Positions 9,498 through 19,900 of a stretch of 64,000 nucleotides of DNA are shown here, in pieces. The stretch covers positions 62,001 to 126,000 of IMG/VR virus record IMGVR_UViG_3300042326_002445; one strand, 5' to 3'. Positions within the stretch are counted from its first letter, which is position 1. Every line of letters begins with the position of its first letter. The notes beneath the pieces are model-generated. The model was not told the DNA's origin and did not search any database. It saw nothing but the letters and a program-made list of their open reading frames with translations. The position numbers were made by a program, and so were the translations under genes.

Positions 9498-10987
9498 TGG
9501 CATATATGGCTTCTTTATCTAATGAATATATGTTAGAATGTGGCGGATTTCCAGGGCCAATGGGTGACAAGTCTTTTATTTATAGAGAAAATGTATACTT
9601 TTTGGGAAAAATAGAAGTTTCTAATTCTTCTGCCGAGTATCTTGGTTTTCCAGGTTATTTTAAAATTTACGAAGCACCATTTGCTATTGTGTCTGGCTTT
9701 GACGCTAGCACTAATAATTTGCGTCTTGTATCAAATGGCTATAATCCTCCAGTTTTTAGAAATAGAGGTATCTGTAAGGACGATATAGTTGTTGGCGCAA
9801 AAAGTGGAGCTGTCAGATATGCTGCGCGTGATTGGAAAGTTTACACTGCAGATGGATCTTCTATAGAAAAATCAGGAATTAAAGAAATAGGGTACAACCC
9901 TACATATCATGATTTGTTTGATTTTTCTACTCATTCAGATGGCGCAATTTTTAATAGAATTTTTCCATTAAATAGAAATTTTTATAATAATACTATTTTT
10001 AATAATTTAGATCAAAAATTTTCTTGTGTAGCATTATTTGATAGAATTCCACTACCTGTTCCTTACAGTGCAAATAAGCACGGCTTTAGGCAGGCTGTGG
10101 CTGTAACTCCTATGCATGTATGTTTTTCTGAGCACGTTTGGCCATATATGGGATATGATTTATTATTTTATGACACCATTGAAAAAACTATTATCAATAG
10201 AAGAATAGTAAAAAAATTTAATTTTAACCTACCTAGTTATATTTTAAAGAATGAAGATAATGATAATATTCCATTTTTTCAAAATGATCAGGGAATAGGG
10301 TTGCTTGACAGTCCGCTTCCTCCAGGTGTTTTATTAGCTAATGTTCCAGATATAGCTTATAAGAAATATCCTGACGAAGCTACTAAAACAAGAAAAATTC
10401 CACTTGTAGCAATAGACTTGTCTGGACGTGGAATGTGTTGTAATGCGATATCTGGTTTTTTTAAAAATGACTCTTTTATTAATATATTAAATATAAAATC
10501 TAGTCAATTTATAGATGCATTAGCATATCAAAATGCATGTTTAGATACTCTTGGAGTTGGAGATTCTAGTACAATGTTTTTTACTTGTATTGGTAATCGT
10601 TTAATATATATGGGTTCTATAGTAACAGTATCAAATACGCTACATGGACTGAATGGAACATTTATAAATCAAGAAATTGGATATGGCAAAATAGATTTGT
10701 CTTTCTTTCATTATCCTGACAGAAATGGGACTTTATCTTCTAGTGTTGAAAATAGATATTTTCAAAATCAACTATATGGTACTTCCCTTTCTTTTTGGGC
10801 TAAAGTAGGAAATAGAGCTTTAAATTACATATTCACATCTCCTGATATTTGGGGTGAACCAATAGATCCATCATATGTGCCTGCAAGGATAAAAATTACT
10901 AATGATATAAATATTACAGAGTCTAATTCTTATTTAAATCTATCTAACGATAACCTAATAGATAGAAAAATTAAATTTATATCATGA
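9494..10987 (+). CDS. Putative trypsin/chymotrypsin-fold serine protease
   Basis: Triad-like motifs in the correct order: AVTPMHVCFSEH (His 10133), NDQGIGLLDSPLP (Asp 10286), GDSSTMFF...LIYMG (Ser 10565). SD AGGAG at 9486; ATGA overlaps with both neighbours. Confidence 0.55.
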   Translation: MMAYMASLSNEYMLECGGFPGPMGDKSFIYRENVYFLGKIEVSNSSAEYLGFPGYFKIYEAPFAIVSGFDASTNNLRLVSNGYNPPVFRNRGICKDDIVVGAKSGAVRYAARDWKVYTADGSSIEKSGIKEIGYNPTYHDLFDFSTHSDGAIFNRIFPLNRNFYNNTIFNNLDQKFSCVALFDRIPLPVPYSANKHGFRQAVAVTPMHVCFSEHVWPYMGYDLLFYDTIEKTIINRRIVKKFNFNLPSYILKNEDNDNIPFFQNDQGIGLLDSPLPPGVLLANVPDIAYKKYPDEATKTRKIPLVAIDLSGRGMCCNAISGFFKNDSFINILNIKSSQFIDALAYQNACLDTLGVGDSSTMFFTCIGNRLIYMGSIVTVSNTLHGLNGTFINQEIGYGKIDLSFFHYPDRNGTLSSSVENRYFQNQLYGTSLSFWAKVGNRALNYIFTSPDIWGEPIDPSYVPARIKITNDINITESNSYLNLSNDNLIDRKIKFIS

Positions 10988-13900
10988 TTAATTTTAGTAA
11001 ATGTTCACTGAATGGATGCAGCTTTAAGCTTTTATACGATCAGCAGTCTTCAATTTTAGAAGATCAGATATCTTATTTGGCAGTTAATTTTTTTAATTCT
11101 GATTCTTATTGGGTTCCTTACAAAACTAATTATCCATCTTTGTCAGATATTTCTATGAAATTGGGCAAAGTGTCTTTAGATGCTTCTGTAGCCGATACCT
11201 CTGAATATTCTTCTGGAAGCATTTCATTCTCAGTAGATATTAAAGATGAGGGAGATTATGTAGCTGCGTTTAAAGTTTCAAAAGAAAATGGGATTTCTAT
11301 ATGCTCATCTTTAACTATTTCTCATTCTTTGCTTCCTGGGACCAACACTACTTCTTACCTTTTTTACCCTGATAGATATGGGGTCTTTAGTGAAGTGCCT
11401 GTAAATCAAGATAATAAAATTTTTGATTTTCAGCATAATATGTCACAAATTGGACAAGACTCAGTGTGGATTACTATTGAATTTTCTGCTCTTGTAGCTG
11501 GTCGTTATATATTTAATATGAGTGTTGCAAGTAATGAGTCATTTGATTTTATTGATTTAGATACTTCAAATTTTATAGTTGAAGGTTTTACTATTTTTAA
11601 AAAGACACATTTTGATACTAGCGGTTTGTCTTTGAGAAATACCGCAAGTGTCAACTCCTCTACTTTTAGTTCTTATAGGGTAAATTCATTAGCAGAATCT
11701 CATCCATTATCATTTAATTCATTTTTGAATACCATTAAACAGGGTGAAGCAAGAATAATTGGTTTGTTTGGTCTTTATGAAGACAGCAAATTTTATTCTT
11801 TAGAGAAAAGTGTTTCTTTTAAACTTTCTGATTTTTCAGAAAATCCTAGATCTGTTATTTCGATTATACCTGGCGGTATATCAGCAGATGAAACATTATT
11901 AAATAAATTATGTGTTATTTTTAGTGAGCACTATAATAATAGTTTGTGGCATTTTTCTTATTCTGCAGATTCATCTGGAGTATCTGGTAAGACTTTTAAG
12001 TTAATGGGTGAAGATTTAGGAATACAGCAAAAAACTATTTCTTTAGATATTTTTTCATCAGATAATAAATATAGTAGTGAAGATTCAGGTGATAATTTTA
12101 CAAAAAACAAAGTTGTTATACAGCCGCCTGTTGGGGTTCCACTAGAAATAAGTAAAATTACAGATAATTCTATTTCAGAAAATTTAAAAGACAATTTTGC
12201 CTTGTTGTCAGATGATCGTGGTGAATATTATGCTCTGAATTTACCAGATAGACACCAATCATTTGTTTTAGATCATAGCGGAAGTATGTCTTGGTCAGAT
12301 GTAAGCGGTGAAAGATTTGGATTGATTAATGACATAGTTGACAAGTTTGAGCAAATATATCCTGGCAGTGTCAGCTATTCTTTGACAACATTCAAAGGCA
12401 CTCCAGTGATAGTGGAGTGGTTTGGTGCAATTGAAAATAATGTAGAAGACAGCAATGATCCAGATTCTGTGAGAACAGGATTTCTTCAAGGTAAATATAC
12501 AAACTTTAGAGGATGCCACATAGTAAGAAAGAAAGGTGTTGCTCCGTCTAGTCCTACTGATGGAGAAATTTTATTCAATGGTTTTGATAAAGTATTTTAT
12601 GATACTGGTCTAGAAGAATCAGTTGATTATTACTATAGTATTTATCCACTAGACAGTAATAATAGACTAGGCTCTCCTTCTATAATAAAAGCAAAAACAC
12701 GGTCAAACGAAATCGTAAAGGGTATAAAAAGCTTATCAGGCAAAGAGTTAATAGGTACTGGTATTCGTAGAGATGAGAGATCATTTTTTATATACCATAT
12801 GAACGAAGGCTCTGGCAGTAAAGTATATGATTTTTCTGGAAATAACTTACACCTTTTTATTCCTAGTGCTGCTAGAAACTCAATTATTTGGCTTGACGAG
12901 TCAGAGTCTCCTCCTGTAGACGCAGATTCTAATGTAGGAAAGGGATCTGGGCTTAGACTGACTGGAAGAAATAGCCTATGTTCTTGGACTGGAAGTCTTC
13001 AATCGGTTTTTAATGGTCTTAATATTTCATTTTGGTGTTATTTGTTTCAAAATATAGGTACTATAGAAAAAAACTTTATTTCTATACGTTCTGGAGAAAA
13101 ACTGTTTGAAATAAAGTTGGGAAGCGAAAAAATATCTGTCAGACTAAACGGAACTACTGTTGGTGTTTTATCATTTAGTTTTGAAGTTGAGTCATGGAAC
13201 CATGTATCTGTAAATATATCTGAAGATTGGAATACGTGTACTCTTTATGTAAACGGTGTGCCGGTTGATTCTTTTTTGCTTGGTTATTACAAAGAGCTAA
13301 TATCCTTGTTTTATTCTAATTACATTAATGCTATAGAGTTAGGAGATATTAGCGACAATGGCTTTAAGGGAAAAATTTCAGAAGTTTCATGCAGAAAAGA
13401 AAGTGTATCTAGTGCAGAAATAGAATATGAAAGCTCTTTTGTGCCTAAAGATAATGGCGACAGACTTTTACTGCTTTCTTGGTTTACTAATCTTGACAAC
13501 ACTGGACACAGAATTGTTATAAAATATAAACAAGAATCTGGTCCTCTTAGACTTTTAGATGAGGATATTGCAGGCCCAGCTAATTATGGTAGGTATCAAG
13601 GTGATTCTACTTTTGGTAACCCTCCAAATACTCCTCCTGGTAGAATCATTCAGTCCGACTTGAGAGCAAGAATTTGCTACGGGGACGACATCGGTCCAGT
13701 TTCTGCAGATGATGGAATAAGTGTTTTTGATTCTTACGTAGATGGTGATGTCAATGAGTGTGCATTTGCATACCAATTTAATTCATCAATAACAAAGAAA
13801 AATAGATTTTCAGTTGACATACCTGGATTTAGGAATTTCTTTAGAATATTTAGGATTAACGAAAATGGAGAGCAGAGCTATCCAGACGACAGTGGCTTAT

Positions 13901-16900
13901 TAGAATATACTCCAGCATCTTACGAAGACTCTTCTTTGCCAAATAATGGAGTGGGTGCAGTAGAAAATATCTCTGTCATTACTGGCAATAGAAAAATAAG
14001 ATTGAAATGGGATGTTCCGCAAAATAGCAATATAGAGTCTGTAATAATATATTATTCTGACGAGCCTATTGAAGAAGATTTCTTAGATCGCAGTGATAAT
14101 TATCCTCAAAAATATCCAGTGTTTGCTGGTATTAAAGAGCAAAATAGTTTTACTCATTTCTATGGAAGAGTAAGAGACTCTCAAAGAAAAAGTGCAGCAC
14201 CAGGCTCATTCCAAAGCACTTTGACTGCAGCAATAGCGGAATCTGAGGATGATTTAGATAATGGCAAAACAGCTTATTATGCAATAGTATCAAGAGATCA
14301 ATATGGAAGGATGTCAAGTCCTGTTTTTGTCAACGGAACTCCGAATGAGGAAAACAATGACTCCGGGATACCTCCAGAAAATATAATTGCACATCGTGCT
14401 TATGGAGTTGATTACAACACTATATCTTTAAGATGGATTAATCCAGTATCTGCTTCAAGGTTTTTTGATATTAATGGATGGCTAGATGATAATGTTGTTC
14501 TTTATTTTAGGGTGACAGATATTTATGGAAGAAGAATAGATGAGCAAGGTGATTTTCAAATCAAATTTAGATTTAATGATTTTTTAAATGGAATAGTTTT
14601 TACCAGTATATCTGGTGGAGATGACATAAAGCCAGCATCAATTGTTGGTTTATTTGATACAGAAAATGGATCTCCTGTAGTAGAAAATATCAGTTTTTCT
14701 GAACTTGTTTCCTATAATGTGAGCAATTTAAGTAATGGCTGGACAAGAATAACTGTTAACACAAATAATGCTTCTCTTTCTGATAGGAATTGGGCTGATG
14801 CAGTCTATACCGAAGTTTCAATGGTGTTTGTAAGAAATAATAATGTTGGTCAAGATCCTATATTTTCATTTTCTACTCAACCTATTAGGATATATTTAAA
14901 GCATCCTTTAAAATTTGATTTAATAGTTAACGACGCAGTTTTCTATAGTCCACAATCATACTCTATCTCTGGTCCCAACGCATCTGGTCCAGCTATATGC
15001 GATTATGTATATAATGGTGGAAACACTGACATAGGTGGAGAATCTTTGGTTTATGGTGCTTACAATGGCAGATCTTTACCGTATACTTTTGCTGTTAATG
15101 CATCATATAAAAATTCACCATTGCCAGTTGGTTCTACGGCAAATATAGATATATTTGAGGATTCCGAGCCTTCTTTTGCAAATACTATTGATGGTCCTGC
15201 TTTGCTTTTGCGTGGCGGTTTTTCTGGAATTGTTGGCGCCAATCCAGAATTAGGAACTCCTGCTTCTCAGGCAGGATTAAGTAATGAAGGTCTTATTGTA
15301 AGAAATTCCTATCCGTTTAGTACAACCATAAGTCCCATATCAGGACAGATTTTATTTGAAGATACCCCATCTGGTAAAGAGTCATTTGGAATTGGTGAAA
15401 TAAGAGTTCCAGGATCAAGATCATTTGGCAGAGTTTTTGCGACTGTAAGAGTCGGATTGTTCTATAGAACTCTTGGTTTTTATGTGGCATTTATTCCTAC
15501 TTTATATGTAAAAATAAATGCATCTGCTCCTAATCCTGATGGAGAGGACGTTGCAACTCAATACGCTTACGCATATATAGTTGATCCAAATAAATTTAGG
15601 ATTTCTATGAATGAAAATTTTAATGGAAATATATCCATAGAAAATTTTGCAAAACCTGTTCCAGATGGCACTCAAGTTTTGTGGCGTTTAACAAAAATGA
15701 GAAATGCAATAGATAGACCTTTTTATTCAACTTCTCAAAGAAGTGTTTCTGGAAATGCTGTTGACAAAACTATAGATGGTATATCTCAAAATGTTGTTTT
15801 TGGTCCAGCGGCAAATATAAATTCTAGTATCATTGAAGTAGACAGCGGTAATGTGTTGCTTATTCCAGAAGAATATGTTATTACAGCTACAGTTTCATAT
15901 GGAGGAGCTACAGCCTCTGCATCTCAAGCAGCTTGTATATACCCTGTTACTGTAAATGCAGATCAAGTTTTACCAGCTATTAGTCAAACTTCTTTTTACT
16001 TTGCTGGCAAATCATTTGGCAAAAATGTAAGTTATGTTCAATCAGTGTATGCAGACGGAGAAGATTTTGCAGTTTTAGAAATAATCAAAGATCCAAGACT
16101 TCTTCTTGGAAGCGATTCAGACATAAGAATAGAAGACATAAAAGCATTTTGTAAATGTTACAATGCTGATGGCACTAATGGCGGTGTAGAAAATGCTTAC
16201 TTAACAACCTTGCCAACCAATCAGATTATTGAGATTAAGGCAAATAAATTACCGGATTGTCAGGGTTCTGGATTGTCTTCTTATATACGTGGGAAGATAG
16301 AAATACTTCATGGATCAAGTTTAAATTATTATGTTGGTAGTAACGGAAAACTATTGGCATCATCAAATGAAATAGGTCTTGATTCTACTCTAACCGAAGT
16401 TAGAGAGTCTAATCGTGCAGATATAGTAGTCAGGGCAAATACTTTTATCCCATTAAAGTGGAAGTATTACACTAAGCTAGAGGCAGATCCAGGTCCGTTA
16501 ACACCAGTTTTTTGTAATTTTATAAATTCTGGTTTTGCAAGTTCAGTATATCATAATGTTACAATCTCTGCCTCTACCTCTGTAATCATAAACGGAATGG
16601 AAAAATCAATATTTAGTGATGGCGGAATTGCCTCCGGCAACCCACCTAAAATGCTTAAATTTATTGAACCTCTTTATTTGCAATTTGCATACATACTTAA
16701 AAATGGACAGAAAGTTAATGGCGAAGTGATAGAGGTTGATGGAAATAGTGTCTATGAATTTATATTTGCTATCAAATTTGCAGGACTTCCAGTACCAGAT
16801 GGCACAGAAGTAAAGTTTTATAAGTGTGGCAGTAATGAGCTAGTATTAAATTCAAATGTTGGTTATACTTTTACTAAAGAAGAGATAGGTCCATGGAGCT

Positions 16901-19900
16901 ATGGTCCGAATGGAGAGTTGGAAACTTCATCCATAAGCATGGTATCTATGAAAATATCTCCTATATCTCCAGTTAACCCAATCTTCGGATCATTGTTTGC
17001 TGAAATAAATTATGATAAAAATGGACAAGTATTTAGGCAAAGGGTGGCTGGGATAGATTTTGTTTACACTGGGGCTAATAGTTTGGCAGTTACTTCTAGC
17101 AATTTGCCAAACACAGGCTCTGGCGCAGTAAACACTGGAAATGATCCTGGAAATGGACAATTTGGCTCTGGATTGCCTTCTGGAGGTGGGTCTGCGGGTG
17201 GAAATGGCCAGTCTAATAACTTTGGTTCTATTGGGGGCGGAACTTCTGGCAGTCCTCCTGGATCAAATCCCGCTACATCTTTGTTGCCATTTCCTGAAAT
17301 ATTTGCAGAATTAGAAAATGCTACTTCTAGACTTTTGATAAATACTGCTTTTAGTAATGAGTGTTATATATATGATTTATTAGTTTCTGATGCAAGCTAC
17401 AAGTGGCGTAAAATTGCCAATATGAACCTTAGGCGAGCTATGCATGTCTCTGAATTTGTGTCTGGAAATCTTTATTCTATCGGAGGGCTAGTCGGATTTA
17501 CAAGTAGCGACACAAACGCAGATGCTACTGTTTTAGTAACAGACACATGCGAAAGATGGAATCCTTCAGAAAACAGGTGGACCACTGCAAGAAAGTGTCT
17601 GTCCAAGCGATTCGGGTGTCTTTCATGTGCAGACGATAGATTTATTTATTTAATAGGTGGTTTTGAAACAAAATTGAAAGGATCGATTTCTCCAAGTGGT
17701 CAAGCGGTTCAGTCGAGAGTTCCTTATGTAAGCAGAAGATTTGAAAGGTACGATACAATAACTAATACATGGCTTTCTATGGCTCCGATGCCAGTATTTG
17801 ACTTAAATGGCAATCAATTAGATATCGCTGCTGAAAATACATTGACTGACAGGATAGGTAATGATGATGTCAATTTTGAGCAATATGGCTGTGCTCTTGG
17901 AAAAGCATTTATTAAAAACAATAAAATTATTATTATTAATGGTGCAAGAAAAGTTGATGATAAATTAAATGTAGAAAAATATAATGATAAAATAATGGTA
18001 TACGACATAGGCACAAACACTTGGAGTGTAAGTGCAAATATTCCATCTAGCCTTGCATCTGAATTCTGTAGATTATATCCAATTGTGTGGGAAGAGAATG
18101 ACTCTGTTCACATATATGGCGGGTCTTCTTCTATTATTGAAAACGTAAATGCAGAAGTTGGAGATGAAGAATTTATAATAGAAAAAAATAGAAGTTTTGC
18201 TTTGCAAAATTCTTTTGGAATTCCTTTAGAAGATATAGTATATGGAGCCATATCTATAGAAAATATATATAGATCTGATTATCTTTTTGGTAACTTGCCA
18301 AAAGCAAGAGACCAAGTTTCTTTTGCTCATATTTATGGAGAGGGCGTATACCTGTTTGGCGGCAGAGTATTTGCTCAAAATGAAAGTCTTGGAACTAATG
18401 CCACTAGAACTGCAGAAAGAATATCGGAAGTAGACGAAGCTTATATAGTAGAAAATTTAGTAAAATCACCTTTTGGATTTAGCAATACTGGATGTACTAA
18501 TGACGGCAGTCGGTTGATATATATTACAGGCGGAACTACTACAAATCAATCTCCAGGATTTGTAAGATTAGAGATCGAGGCTTATGGAGAACAAACCGAG
18601 CAAATTAATACAGAAAGATTTAGTAGCATAGAGCCAGCAAATGCTACTGTGAGGCTTGATGGTTTTTCTGGAGTAGATTTAAAAATTAGTGCATATGATG
18701 ACGAGGGAGATTATGTAGTAGGAAATTTAGAAGTAGAAATTTCTGGTTTATTAGCTTATGGAACTGGAGATGACGAATTAGAAGGTGGAGCATCAATAGG
18801 TGGGATGCAGAGAGCTCCAACATTAAACAGAAGAAGAAAAAGAAAAGGTACTAGAGTATATCCAATAGTCTTAAATCCATACAGGGTAAATCTTTCTAAT
18901 GGGATTGGATATTCGCGACTTGAGGGAAGAAGCGAAGATGTGCTAAAGAGTCTCACAGAAATACAGGAAATATTAAACGCAGATTTGTCTGCTGACCAAG
19001 CAGTTTTAGGTACTGCTTCCGAATTACAGCTTAGGCAAGGAAGCGTTAGATTTCCTTATAGAATTAGTATAGTTGGTAGAGTGATTGATGATTTCTATTT
19101 TGGAAAGACTTCTTATGTATCTACTGAAGATCAGGAAGTACAACAAGAAGTTTTCTTACCAGAAAATGAGGTCACTGATGTAATCGCTGATGCCGGAGAC
19201 TTTGGTAGCGCAACAGTAATGCCTCCAATGCTGCCAGCTTATGCTAGTTCCTCTTCTCCTTTACCAATAGCAGACTATGGCCCTGTTTTAACATGCAGTG
19301 CAATAGGCGTTATAGGTCCAGTAGGTGACGTAGATTTGTTTGCTTTTATTCCACCAAAATCTGGGGTGTATACTATAACAATAGAGCAAAGAGGTTTTTC
19401 TCAACTTTTGCCAATGGTGTCTGTATTCAACGAGTCTCAATTTCCTTATCCAATTAACGGTACGGCATCTAACGAAATTAGATTTGATAATTTTGGCTAT
19501 TCTAGTGATGGGAGAACCGCAAACATAGAATTACTAAAGGATGTAACTTATTATTTCCAAATTTCTTCATATGCGGGAGCAGATAGTGCAGAAGTCAATA
19601 AAGTTGGTGCTTATAGGATAAGATTTACTATACCAATTGCAATAATACAAAATCAAGGCACAAGCAGCAGTAGCAGTAGTAGCTCTGGAAATAATTCAAG
19701 TAGCAGTTCAAGTAGTAATCAAAATTCTGGAGAAGTTGTATCTTTTAATATATTTGAATATGTTACGGAAAATACTATCGCAAATCTTAGTACTCCGTGG
19801 TCTTCTGTGCTAAGAGATTTCTATAATACTTATTTTAGATTTTTACTAGCAAATGGCGGCTATAATAGTCAGGCTTTACAGGTCGCCATAGATACTGTAA

